Part shown: positions 39,150 through 50,108 of the stretch, piece after piece
Layout: each line of letters opens with the position of its first letter
Numbering within the stretch: the first letter of the stretch is position 1
IMG/VR virus record: IMGVR_UViG_3300033153_001680
Coordinates: 1 to 61,847 of that record
Length of the DNA stretch: 61,847 bases
Direction: 5' to 3' (one strand)
Source of the DNA: a virus
Taxonomy: Duplodnaviria > Caudoviricetes
Made by a program: the position numbers and the translations under genes
Notes under the pieces: generated by a model
What the model was told of the DNA's origin: nothing
Seen by the model: only the letters and a program-made list of their open reading frames with translations
Database searches by the model: none

Positions 39150-40727
39150 TTACTCTTCTGTGTATATCACACACTCAGTGGTCAACAGCATCCCTGCTAC
39201 TGATGCTGCGTTAGACACTGCTGCTTTAGTCACTTTAACCGGGTCCACAATTTCGGTGGCACTCACGTCTTCCAGTTCCCCGGTTTGAGCATTGTACACC
39301 GAGTTACCACAGTCCTGAAGAACTCTCTCCACTACGACGGCTCCTTCTACTCCAGAGTTTACTGCTATCTGGCACAGTGGTGCAGACAGAGACCCCTGCA
39401 ATAGCTTATACCCTAAGTGCTCATCAGAAGTTTCCCAGCATAAGCCCCCATGCATTTTAGCTGCACACCCTAGGAGAGCTGTGCCTCCTCCGGGAACCAC
39501 TCCTTCCTCAACGGCTGATCGTGTGGCGTTCAGAGCATCATCCATCCGGTCTTTCAGCTCACCAAGCTCCACCTCGGTCTGAGCCCCCACCTGGATAGAC
39601 ACAACGCCCCCCAGGAGCCTCGCCAGACGCTTTTGCAGCCACTCCCTGTCAACATCCATCGTCGCTTCGCTGAGGGCTTTTCGGATAACCTCAGACCTTT
39701 GAGCAACCTCTTTTTTGCTGCTGCTGTTGTCGTTTGTCAGGGTCATTGAATCTTTGGTCACAACGACTTTACTCACAGACCCAAGAACGCCCCAAGAGAT
39801 ATCTTTAACTCCATCTCAGGCACTGTGGCTCAGTACCCGCCCACCTACTATACTGGACAAATCCCTCAGTACTTCCAGCATCCGTTCCCCGAAATATGGA
39901 GCATTAACCGCCACTGTTTGTACCTTTCCCTGAATCATGTTTACCACCATTCCGGTTATGGCATCACCGTCAACATCCTCAGCGATAACCAGGAGGGGGA
40001 CACCTCCTTCAGACGCATCAGACAGCAGGTCTTGTATGTCCTGAAACCTTGAGATCTTAAAGTCACACATCAGGACTTTAGCATTCTTCAGCTCAGTCAC
40101 CATGTTCTCCCGGTCAGTGGAGAAGTAAGGAGATATGTACCCGTTATCAAAGTGGAGGCCCTTAAAGACTTCTAAGTACGATTTTCCGGTGTGAGAAGTT
40201 CCTACGTTGATGACTCCGTCAGCTCCGGCCTCCTTCATGGCCTCTGCGATCAGCATTCCTGTGGGTATGTCATTGTTCGACGCTATGGAGGCTATTTGCG
40301 CCACCTCTTCAATGCTGGAGACCGGGGATGCCATGTCAGTCAAGAGGTCCAGTACCTCGCTCAGAGCTGCGTCGATGCCCCGTTTCAGCTCAGTGGGGTT
40401 AGCTCCGGCGGTTACCAGCTTTACCCCCTGGTTATAGATCGTGTTAGCCAGAACCGTTGAAGTAGTAGTCCCGTCGCCCACAAGAGCAGAGGTGTTCGAA
40501 GCTGCGCCTCTTAAAACTTTGACTCCCAGGTTCTCTATGGGGTCAGGCAAGTGGACCTCTTTAGCAACCGATACACCATCCTTTGTTATAGTCACCCCTT
40601 GGGCTCTATCCAGGAGAACATTTCTCCCACAGGGTCCCAGGGTCGCTGACACTGCTTTTGTCAGTAGGTTAGCCCCGGCCTTCAGGGACTGGCGAGCTTC
40701 GTTTCCGAATTTGATAGTAGTGTTCAT
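39150..40727 (-). pseudogene. groEL: Chaperonin GroEL interrupted by a single in-frame TGA (39816-39818)
   Basis: TLGP.GRNV, ITKDGVSVAKE, GDGTTT, FDNGYISPYF, DALNATR.AVEEGVVPGGG and IVDPVKVT motifs. Both ORFs share one frame and join as LSHSA*DGVKDISWGVLGSVSKV (525 codons). Confidence 0.9.
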
Positions 40728-40734
40728 TGTTTTC

Positions 40735-40875
40735 CTATAGTTCTAGTTTTAGTTCTATTTGGGACACTCGGTCTTCTAATGAGGGCTCATCTTTGGGGTA
40801 TAGCAGATGGACTAACAAGCAGACCACAAGGATTAACATCAGGTTCGTGAGAGTATCTATTATAGCATCTTTCAT
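40735..40875 (-). CDS. Small single-TM protein (46 aa)
   Basis: Translated by hand (MKDAIIDTLTNLMLILVVCLLVHLLYPK...); AGGAG RBS. Confidence 0.55.
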   Translation of the reverse strand: MKDAIIDTLTNLMLILVVCLLVHLLYPKDEPSLEDRVSQIELKLEL

Positions 40876-40877
40876 AA

Positions 40878-41216
40878 TCAGAACTCCTTTCCACCATGCT
40901 TGTATTGGCGAGTGCGGTTATATTCGATTTTAGCTACTATAGCCTGAGCTAAAGGTAGCTGTTTCTGTTCAGCGTAGTCTAAGATCCTTATGACTACATC
41001 TGCCAGTTCCTCTGATACGTGGTCAACTTCTGGCACCTTCACAGACTGAGGGTTCCCGTGTCTCAGAGCTTCGAGGGCCTCTGATAGCTCAGAGTGCATC
41101 AAGGCAATAATGGTTCCGTCTTCTGGTGGGTTCTCCCACCAACCTTTTGAAACTGCTATTGCGTGTACGTACTTCTGGACCTTCGGTAGTACATCTAACA
41201 GTGCTTTTGAATTCAT
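40878..41216 (-). CDS. MazG-like nucleotide pyrophosphohydrolase
   Basis: IALMHSELSEALEA...EELADVVIRILD...K..YN..R.YKHGGK. Confidence 0.85.
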   Translation of the reverse strand: MNSKALLDVLPKVQKYVHAIAVSKGWWENPPEDGTIIALMHSELSEALEALRHGNPQSVKVPEVDHVSEELADVVIRILDYAEQKQLPLAQAIVAKIEYNRTRQYKHGGKEF

Positions 41217-41230
41217 TGTTTTCCCCTGGA

Positions 41231-41338
41231 TTATATTAATGAGAGTACCTTACCGACAACAAGCAGCGGGGGCAGAATCCCGATGACGATGTGGAAAGCG
41301 AGATACATAATGACTAAGATATCTACAAGGGGGTTCAT
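41231..41338 (-). pseudogene. Frameshifted small membrane-peptide gene
   Basis: RBS then ATG AAC CCC TTG TAG stops at once. A shifted frame reads LVDILVIMYLAFHIVIGILPPLLVVGKVLSLI-stop. Confidence 0.4.
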
Positions 41339-41345
41339 AATTTCC

Positions 41346-42290
41346 TTATAGAGTTTGATCGAACACTAAAGGCCACTGAGCCTTGAACTTCTCATGCAGT
41401 GGCACCATAACTTCTCTCATGGACGGGTCGGCGTGTTTAGAACATCTCAGGCTAAACATGTGGTCCCAGACCCCCAGAGGAGCGTTCACCAGAAGCTCAG
41501 TTTTACAGGAGTTCGGCAAGACTGCTCTTGCGACCTGTGGAGCAGCTCCGTCGCCGAGCATCGTCAGGTAGATCTCCTCTGCGGTACTCATCGCTGCCTC
41601 CCAGTCCCTGAAGGAACTCTGGGCTATACCAGAGGGCTCGACAAAAGTGACTTCACCCCCGAACTTACCAGACCCGTAGTTGCAGTACCTTTGTGACTCC
41701 TGTAAAAATGAAGCTGTTCTGTGGCGTACTAGCTGATGTGATGTTGCGCGGTCTACTGTAAACTTGACGAGTGCGTAGACATGTCCTTTGTAGAACTCTG
41801 CTGCACTGACACCTCTTATGCTCTCGGCATAACAGAGAGAGTCCTCCCCCAGTACTCTTGGAAAGCTGGGAGCTGTAGGCTCGGCCAAGTTACTAAAAAC
41901 GTTTGGAGCTAGTTTGTATAAGTGCCGATTTAGGGCATTGACTCCTAGGAACCCTTTACCCCTATTAAACTCAAGAAAAGCCCTTACGTTTCCAGTGAGT
42001 ATCAGCTCATATCCCCCTTCGCTGATGTCGCTTTGAATATACCCACTGGCTAGGATGGGGTACAAAGGCCCAGGATCTCCTCTCATGTCCAAGACCACTG
42101 AAATAACACCCATCTCCAGTACTGAAGTGTGTCCCCTTTTAATGACATTCTTGATAAACTTCTCAGAAGACCCCTCAGTAATTTGGTCTTCGCTCTTGTA
42201 GCATATACGCCCACAGCGTTCTATATGCTGCTCCAGTGAATCTGTTTTACTCGGGGTGATAATCTCTGCGCTTGCTGGTATAATTTTCAC
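41346..42290 (-). CDS. thyX: FAD-dependent thymidylate synthase
   Basis: GHTSVLE, HQLVRHRTASFLQESQRY (RHRx7SxR) and ARAVLP motifs. Confidence 0.93.
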   Translation of the reverse strand: MKIIPASAEIITPSKTDSLEQHIERCGRICYKSEDQITEGSSEKFIKNVIKRGHTSVLEMGVISVVLDMRGDPGPLYPILASGYIQSDISEGGYELILTGNVRAFLEFNRGKGFLGVNALNRHLYKLAPNVFSNLAEPTAPSFPRVLGEDSLCYAESIRGVSAAEFYKGHVYALVKFTVDRATSHQLVRHRTASFLQESQRYCNYGSGKFGGEVTFVEPSGIAQSSFRDWEAAMSTAEEIYLTMLGDGAAPQVARAVLPNSCKTELLVNAPLGVWDHMFSLRCSKHADPSMREVMVPLHEKFKAQWPLVFDQTL

Positions 42291-42298
42291 AGCCTACC

Positions 42299-43677
42299 TC
42301 AGTGTTTGTCTTTAAGATACGTTAACAACTCGTTCATTCCTCTGTACTTCCTCTGGATAGCTCGGTACACCTTAGTATCAATAGTGCCCTTCGCCACCAA
42401 GTGATGTACTACTACAGCTTTTCGTTGACCACTTCTATGGAGCCTAGCGTTGAACTGTGCGTACTGCTCATAGCTCCAGGTTAGCCCAAACCACAGCACC
42501 ACGTTAGATCCGTCCTGTAAGTTCACTCCATGAGATATACTCGCAGGGTGGCACAGTAGCAGGGGTATTTTTCCTGCATTCCAGTCCCTTATATGCTTAG
42601 TAGCCTCCTTCTTACTAACTCCACCAGCTATAACAGGAGCATTGGGAAACTTCTTCTGGATCATAGCCAGTTCAAACCGGAACTGAATGGCACAGAGCAC
42701 TCCAGAGCTAGAGGACTCTACTACGCTCTCTAGTGCTTTCAGTTTCTCATCGTGGATTGGTATCACCCTCCTTTTATCTGATGGTAGGTCAGCATCCTCG
42801 TTGTCATATACAGCACCTTGGACGAACTGACGAAGCTTCATTGACAGCGACATGATAGAGAAGGCCTCCACTGAATCGGTGTCACTAAGCTCAGTGAAAA
42901 ACTCTTTCTCAAGCTCCTTATACTGAGCCATTGTCTTTGGGGGTAAGTTAATCTCCACAGTTTCGTACATTATGGGGGGTAGGGACAAGTGGTCCTTTGC
43001 GTCAAGTCGGTACGTTATATCACTTATAGCTTCATAGATCTTCTTATCGCTTCCGTTGCGGATGTCCCAAACAAACCCCCGGTTATCCCTCTGGATAAAG
43101 TATTCGTGCCTGAACTTCGTAATACCTTTCCCGAGCCTCTTTCCTCCGTCCAACACGAAGTACTGAGACCACAGGTCCATCAGAGAGTTGGGGGCGGGAG
43201 TCCCACTTAATATAATCCTCCATTTGGATAGCGCAGGGACCAAGTGTTTCAGGATCTTAAATCTCTTGGTCCCCGGAGCTTTAACCATAGACCCCTCGTC
43301 CAGTATTAGCCCTTGGAAGGGGAGCTTTTTATGTTCCTTATAATACACTTTAAGAGCGTCAAACAACCAGGGGAGGCCCTCAAAATTCACTATGTACAGG
43401 TCCTTTTTAGCCTCCAGAGCCTGTTGCTTATCCTTCCCGTGTAGGACAGAGTACGTTAAGGGTAGATCCCACTTAGCTATTTCATCGGGCCAAGTGGTGT
43501 GGACGGTCATCAGTGGGGCCAACACCAGTATGCCTTTTACCCCCTTGTCTCTGCGCAGCACTTCAGTGGCCCAGGTAAGAGCTATCAAGGTCTTACCCAG
43601 GCCCATATCTACAGCAGAGTACGAAGACGGGTTGTCCAAGTGGAACTGAACTGCTTTTTCTTGGTACTCTCGGAGGC

Positions 43678-43681
<4 letters not shown>
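42299..43681 (-). CDS. SNF2-family helicase
   Basis: DMGLGKT, ILDEGS, LSGTPAPN, HGVNLQ and QFNARLHRSGQ motifs. Confidence 0.92.
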
Positions 43682-44750
<1,069 letters not shown>

Positions 44751-45965
44751 TTACCACACCTCTAAAGGGTTCCCCGATTTGTCCCACCTGTGCCTGTGGA
44801 GCTTTACGTCTCTACTGTGGTTGTACCGAGGGTGCCTCAATGACCCCTCGGGTGTTTCCTCGTGAAACATAATCTCCATTATCTCATCCAACCACAGGTC
44901 CCGATTTTCCCAGATATGGTTTCTAATGTGGTCAGAAAACCCTCCAACTTGTACTTCCACTCCATTTGAACGTTTCGCTACTACACTGCCAAGTGTCCCG
45001 GAGAACTTCCCTTCACCCTCCAAAAATCCTATGATAGTGACTTCTTCAGGGTCCACTGCTTTAAGCTTCATCCAGGAGAAAGTCCTCTTAGCCTCGTAGG
45101 GAGCATTCGGAGCCTTTACTACCAGTCCTTCGTACCCTGCATCAAGAGCCTTGGCAAAGTTCCTCTGGACATGCTCATCATTGAGTACTGTAACGTGCTT
45201 CAGCAGTTGCACAGAGCTGGGCCAGAACTGTGCCTCAGTAGCGAGGATGTCAAAGTACCGACCGGTAAACGCCATGTTACCTAAGTTGGCACAGTCGAAT
45301 ACATGGAACTCTGCTTCTGGCGTAACCCCAGTGCTTCTGATCTTACCCGACGACTCATAGAAAGACAACCCTGGTATAAGCAGCTCTCCCTCTAGTTCAT
45401 AGTGACTGTCAAGCTGACTAGTTATGTGGTCCAGGCCCTTAAACTTCCGGCCTCCGCTGGAGTACAGTGACCCATCTCGGAACATCCCTCGGAGACCATC
45501 TAACTTCAGGGACATGAAGCTGTTGGGGACCAGCCTTTTGCTTTCATATGGTTTAGCCCTCATGAAAGCAAATACTGGGATCAACCCTGGGAACACCTGG
45601 TTGATCGACACTGCCCCCAGTCCAAGAGTGAGATTTTTATTCAGCACCCCACAGAAGATCTTGGCCTCCTCGGGGTGTAGGTCGTGCCCAAAAGCCTTCA
45701 GGACGGAGAGCTGAGATTTTCCTGTGATCTCGCGGCTGTTCGAAGCTTCTAACAAGATCTTCAGGTTCACTCGGTAATTTGAGAGAGTCTCCGCCCCAGA
45801 CCCTTTTACATAGAACTTCCTTACGTAGAAAGGCATCGTCTTGTCACAGGACCACCGGATTAGATCCCGAGTGAACTCATCTGCTTCTTTCAGTGCTCTT
45901 TGTTTAGCCTTTATGCCCCGAGCGGACGAGACTTTCCTCAACACACTTTTGTACGTTGATCTCAC
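44751..45965 (-). CDS. ATP-dependent DNA ligase
   Basis: Motif I KLDGLR; EGEL, FHVFD, EGLVVK, WMKLK; OB-fold ending SLRHPR. Confidence 0.92.
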   Translation of the reverse strand: MRSTYKSVLRKVSSARGIKAKQRALKEADEFTRDLIRWSCDKTMPFYVRKFYVKGSGAETLSNYRVNLKILLEASNSREITGKSQLSVLKAFGHDLHPEEAKIFCGVLNKNLTLGLGAVSINQVFPGLIPVFAFMRAKPYESKRLVPNSFMSLKLDGLRGMFRDGSLYSSGGRKFKGLDHITSQLDSHYELEGELLIPGLSFYESSGKIRSTGVTPEAEFHVFDCANLGNMAFTGRYFDILATEAQFWPSSVQLLKHVTVLNDEHVQRNFAKALDAGYEGLVVKAPNAPYEAKRTFSWMKLKAVDPEEVTIIGFLEGEGKFSGTLGSVVAKRSNGVEVQVGGFSDHIRNHIWENRDLWLDEIMEIMFHEETPEGSLRHPRYNHSRDVKLHRHRWDKSGNPLEVW

Positions 45966-46284
45966 GGTCGATCTCCCTATAAGTAGATATAAACTCGTTA
46001 ACTTTGTTAGTGGTATCCAGGACCACTACTGCCTGACCCCGGTCCCTCATTCGTTGGTGCTCTCGTTGCTGAGGGCTACTGGGCTTCTTGCCCTCAGACT
46101 TTAACTCTGCGAATACTACTAGGCCATGTGGAAACTCACACACCCTGTCAGGCTTCCCTACACTACTGGGGCATTCCCACTTATCTGCTTTACCCCCGAT
46201 AGACTTCATCTTGTCTCGCAGGTGCCTCTCGACTTTCTTCTCACTTTCCCCGGTGTTCCGGGGGTTACCAAGTCCTTTGAGCAT
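45904..46284 (-). CDS. VRR-NUC domain nuclease
   Basis: EKKVE..L...GG...KW..PS..G.PDR...FAELK..GKKP...Q. Confidence 0.88.
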   Translation of the reverse strand: MLKGLGNPRNTGESEKKVERHLRDKMKSIGGKADKWECPSSVGKPDRVCEFPHGLVVFAELKSEGKKPSSPQQREHQRMRDRGQAVVVLDTTNKVNEFISTYREIDREINVQKCVEESLVRSGHKG

Positions 46285-46748
46285 TAGGGAGTACCTGTAA
46301 GAATGTTGTTCAGGGGTATCCCAAGTCTCTCGGCCCTTACCCGTTTCACTTTCTCCACTAGGGCGACTTTCTTCAGTCTATTCAGGACATCGTCTGCTGT
46401 GTGGCCGTCATACTCGTACTTAGCTCTAGGGAGTTCAGGGCAATCAAACAACTCCCAGTCACTCATATTATAATGGTTAGACACTTGACCACTTGGAAGT
46501 ACCGCTACTACTATGAACCAGCCTCCTCCAAAGCACACCTCGCCCTCATAGTGTCTCTCTGACTTGTGTACATCGTACTTACCCATCCGAGCCCATTCAT
46601 TGAACAAGCAGGCGTTGTACATCTTTCGGAACTCATAGAGTTCTTTAAAAGTGTGGCACCCGTCGTCTATCTTACCTACACCACCAACAAGGCTAGACAG
46701 AGCTTTTCTAAGGACATCTTCCAGTAGGCGTTTTAATTTATTTTTCAT
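46284..46748 (-). CDS. WDGH-like domain hypothetical protein
   Basis: DGxHTFxELY, KS.RH..GE..FGGGWFIV...LP.GQVSNHY and YDGHT motifs. Confidence 0.75.
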   Translation of the reverse strand: MKNKLKRLLEDVLRKALSSLVGGVGKIDDGCHTFKELYEFRKMYNACLFNEWARMGKYDVHKSERHYEGEVCFGGGWFIVVAVLPSGQVSNHYNMSDWELFDCPELPRAKYEYDGHTADDVLNRLKKVALVEKVKRVRAERLGIPLNNILTGTP

Positions 46749-46998
46749 AACTCAAGCCTCCCAGCTCTTTTTGTTCCCTTTTCACTCTCAGAGTATTGTA
46801 CTTTGCGTGAACTCGGTACAGTAGCTGAGTTCCCTTGTTCTGCAAGTGCAACTCCTTTAAAAGCCAGAGGAGTTCTTCTTCAGTGAGGTCAGCTTTGTAG
46901 ATGCCCCTCTGGATATCTTTCACACTGCGCCCAACTAATATCTTCACTCTTAACGAGTCAGTAGTAATCCTCTTGAATACTGATGGTTCTGTTATCAT
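46738..46998 (-). CDS. Hypothetical protein
   Basis: ATGA overlap with the polymerase stop. Confidence 0.65.
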   Translation of the reverse strand: MITEPSVFKRITTDSLRVKILVGRSVKDIQRGIYKADLTEEELLWLLKELHLQNKGTQLLYRVHAKYNTLRVKREQKELGGLSYEK

Positions 46999-49460
46999 TT
47001 CTTGTACCTCTTGCTTATGTATCCTTTAGCCTCAACTGGCAGACCTGGAACAAAGTCAACGTCACATAAGGCAGAGTTGAACTTCTCCAGAGAGCTTCCC
47101 GTAGCATCCTCATCGGACATCAGCCCAATAGCTTCATCATGAACAGTGCCTATGAGGGTAACTTCAGGCATACGCTCCCTAACATTGATCAGCCCACGCC
47201 CCATGATTTCTCGGGCTAAACCCTGGACTGCATTTTCAGTGATGCGACCAGGGATCAGTGGAACTCTCGTCCATTTTCGAGTTAGAGGGTTCACCCCCAT
47301 GTGGACCACTGTAGCCACCTTCCACATACGCTTGAACTTAGGTCTTGCTCGGCCCTCTACTGAAGGAGAGCAACAGTATATACTTTTTCCTGAAGGAAGC
47401 CTCATTGCTCGGTCCTCTACTGAAGGAGAGCAATAGTATATACTTTTTCCTGAAGGAAGTCTCATTGCTAACCAGGAGACTCCGTTCACCTTAGCTGTTC
47501 CGAAGGTTATGCTGCCAAAGGTCTGTCTGTCCCCCGAGATTACCGCCCGAATAGCAGCTTTCTTCAGCCCTTTCCAGCACTGGGCCACTTTATAATATTT
47601 CTCTCTGTATGCACCTACCGCTTTTTTCGCCTCCTTTTCCGTAAGGTATATACCAAAGTTCTTAGCAGAAGTCTGGAATGTTTCTGCACCCATGCCGAAG
47701 CCACAGCCAAGAACAATGACTTTTCCCACACTCCTCTGACGGATTGACTCAGGGTCCTCAGCATCATATCCGTCCTTGATATCCTTGTAGGACCGGTTAA
47801 ACTTAGATGAAGCCATATCGATGTACTGGTCAAAGCCTTCTCGAAAGCCCTGGAGGGTCTCCTCATCACCAGCAACCCAGGCCAGTACCCGGTTCTCTAT
47901 GGAGCTGTAGTCAGATACAATAAGCTTCTGGCCTTCAGGAGCTTTGATTACAGACCTCAAGAGGGACTTTGAAACTCCTATAGGGTCTTCCATCGGGGAC
48001 TGTTCCACAAACTCCAGGATATCCTCCTCTGGTTGCTTAGACTGAGCCCTGGGGAAATTCTGGGGCTGCACCCCCCTTCCTGCCCACCGTCCCGTACCCG
48101 CTCCGTGGTAACACAGAGAGTCATGAACCCTGTGGTCCTCAGCTTTTCCAGGAACCCTGTAGTCAGCCATCTTCCGGTATTTTGCGGTAGATGATTTTCC
48201 GAGCTTCTGACACAGGGTCAGCACTTCTTCAACAACTTTGGGCAGCTTGACTTCGGGATCGTTAAGGAGATCCTGTATGTAGGCTCCCTGGCAACTCTGA
48301 ATAGGGAACCCCTGAGTGTCGCAAAAGTCTTTTATCCGGGCGTACTGGAACGGTGAGGTAACGTGTGCTTTTTTATTAGCCCTCTTGTGTAAGTCGTACA
48401 CCGTTTGATTACATGACTTCAGGCTCTTCTTAACCAGCTTCTTGATCTTTGCCATTTCGGATGTACTATCACCCAGGGGGGTTCCAAGGAGCATTGCCAT
48501 CACTTCACGGTACAGCGTAGGACTGAATAGGGTCTTAGTTGACGCGGGGCTGTCCTCGTAGATGTCTTCCAGGGACCTTGCCCCCTCTTCAAGTACCTCA
48601 TGTATGTCAGTAATCCTGATAAGATCTTTTCCTTCAACGGGTTCCCTATAGTCACTGACAAGGCGCGATACTTTTTCCAGAGATTCATCCCGATACATCT
48701 CCAGTCTTCTGCGGAGGTCTCCCGAGTCTTTAGCAGCTCTTTTCGTTATCCGGGACAACTCTTTTTTACCTTCGTCCAGGGCCAGCTCAATTCTACTGAG
48801 TATAGAAGTTACCTCTAGCTCATCAATAGGCAACCCCTCGTGGTTCATTTGAGCAGTTATCTTCCAGATCTCGTGCTCCACTGGAATAAGCTCTTGTCGG
48901 GGCAGCTTCTGGACTACTGATCTCATAGCAGCTACGTCTATAAGGCAGTACTCTTTCAGCTCCTCATAAACTACTTTATACTCCTCTGAGAACATGTCTG
49001 GCTTCTGGTGCCCTACGAGCTGCCTGCCGTGCTTAACAGGCTGAGGAGTACAGCACTTCTTAATCAGCCTTGCACCAGCAGACTTCTGTACTGGTGCTCC
49101 CAGGGCTTCGCCTGCGCCCCCCAGAGAAGCCGGGAGAGAGAAGGTCATGCACAGGGCCATAGAGTCCACTACCTGATCCCAGACAATCTCAGGCCACCCA
49201 AAGGCTTCGACACACAGCATGTTCCACACCCTCATGTCAAACGCTGCGTTGTGAGCGTACACCTTCCCCCCACTGGATACGTGGTCAAGAACTCCCCAGG
49301 TCAGGTTTTGACCTTGCTCCCACATCTGTACTGGTCCGTCCCAAAAAGCATAGGCCATGCATATAGGTTCAGTGGACCCGTCCTGTAAGTACCTCATGGA
49401 GCCATGCTTCTTTATTTCTACTTCACTGTATGTCTCAAAGTCAATAAACAGTGCTTTCAT
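46995..49460 (-). CDS. Family A DNA polymerase with 3'-5' exonuclease
   Basis: Exo I DFET, AHNAAFD, YCLIDV; TGRWAG; motif A DYSSIE; motif B KVIVLGCGFG; motif C VHDE. Confidence 0.95.
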   Translation of the reverse strand: MKALFIDFETYSEVEIKKHGSMRYLQDGSTEPICMAYAFWDGPVQMWEQGQNLTWGVLDHVSSGGKVYAHNAAFDMRVWNMLCVEAFGWPEIVWDQVVDSMALCMTFSLPASLGGAGEALGAPVQKSAGARLIKKCCTPQPVKHGRQLVGHQKPDMFSEEYKVVYEELKEYCLIDVAAMRSVVQKLPRQELIPVEHEIWKITAQMNHEGLPIDELEVTSILSRIELALDEGKKELSRITKRAAKDSGDLRRRLEMYRDESLEKVSRLVSDYREPVEGKDLIRITDIHEVLEEGARSLEDIYEDSPASTKTLFSPTLYREVMAMLLGTPLGDSTSEMAKIKKLVKKSLKSCNQTVYDLHKRANKKAHVTSPFQYARIKDFCDTQGFPIQSCQGAYIQDLLNDPEVKLPKVVEEVLTLCQKLGKSSTAKYRKMADYRVPGKAEDHRVHDSLCYHGAGTGRWAGRGVQPQNFPRAQSKQPEEDILEFVEQSPMEDPIGVSKSLLRSVIKAPEGQKLIVSDYSSIENRVLAWVAGDEETLQGFREGFDQYIDMASSKFNRSYKDIKDGYDAEDPESIRQRSVGKVIVLGCGFGMGAETFQTSAKNFGIYLTEKEAKKAVGAYREKYYKVAQCWKGLKKAAIRAVISGDRQTFGSITFGTAKVNGVSWLAMRLPSGKSIYYCSPSVEDRAMRLPSGKSIYCCSPSVEGRARPKFKRMWKVATVVHMGVNPLTRKWTRVPLIPGRITENAVQGLAREIMGRGLINVRERMPEVTLIGTVHDEAIGLMSDEDATGSSLEKFNSALCDVDFVPGLPVEAKGYISKRYKK
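47345..47469. repeat. 60-bp in-frame tandem duplication inside the polymerase gene
   Basis: AMRLPSGKSIY[Y/C]CSPSVE[D/G]R occurs twice; the copies differ at 3 nt. Confidence 0.95.
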
Positions 49461-49498
49461 GGTGTCCTCATGTTATCAGGTTTTATCTGGGTTGTACT

Positions 49499-49942
49499 TT
49501 AGCCGCACTTTAGCTGCTTGATGAATTCTTTATGCCAGTCCCGCAGCTGTTTTTCAGTTGGCCCTGGAACTCCGCATTTAGTGCAAGGGGTATAGTCTAC
49601 CGGATGCCCCAGGCACCCACAGTCACCCCCAGAACAACACCTAACAGGTGTTAATCCTACACCTCCACAAGAGGGACATAGACTGTAGTCAAAGGGCGCA
49701 AACATCATAGCTCGCATAAACTCGCAAGCATCCATCTTCTCAATTTTTCCGCAGTCCAAGAACCTTATCAGTTCGACTTCTACATTTTCTACTGTCCCGT
49801 CACTTCTTTCAATGATCGCCGTTGAATAATTGCCTGGGCCAGTCTCAAACTCTTCGTACTTAGTACCCCAGGTGTGAAAGAGGGCTTCACCATCCCCAAC
49901 TTTACCACCTTTTATATATTTGTATACCCACACTTTTCTCAT
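49499..49942 (-). CDS. Hypothetical protein, apparent fusion of a conserved phage domain and a Cys-rich zinc-finger ORF
   Basis: FHTWG..YEEFETGPGNYSTAIIE..DG.V......IRFLD followed by MD...CPSCGG...CC...CGC...CTKC. Confidence 0.65.
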   Translation of the reverse strand: MRKVWVYKYIKGGKVGDGEALFHTWGTKYEEFETGPGNYSTAIIERSDGTVENVEVELIRFLDCGKIEKMDACEFMRAMMFAPFDYSLCPSCGGVGLTPVRCCSGGDCGCLGHPVDYTPCTKCGVPGPTEKQLRDWHKEFIKQLKCG

Positions 49943-49985
49943 GTTCTTTCCTAGGTGTTCCAAAATTTGTGACCCTATTGGCCTG

Positions 49986-50012
49986 AAAAAGGCTGGTATC
50001 TACTACCAGCCC
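49986..50012 (-). terminator. Intrinsic terminator downstream of the SSB gene
   Basis: Minus strand reads GGCTGGTA-GTAGA-TACCAGCC-TTTTT. Confidence 0.75.
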
Positions 50013-50108
50013 GTCTATTTGCGCTTCGTGTGCGCGAGACCTATTACTATAGGTCTCCTGTGATTTTGTACTGCAAAGCTAACGATGCTCCCTGGTTCTT
50101 AGCAGGGT

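Noticed and set aside
39816-39818. Genome-wide TGA=Gly recoding or selenocysteine (TGA at a Gly site in groEL; TGA/GGA swap between cassette tails)
   Set aside because: Many genes end in TGA within ATGA/GTGA start-stop overlaps (5262, 9668, 15370, 17577, 38173, 46995, 58082), and other long ORFs lack internal TGA. The groEL site is not a Cys position.
48366-48740. Intein in the DNA polymerase
   Set aside because: No N-terminal Cys/Ser block, no His-Asn C-terminal junction and no LAGLIDADG motif.
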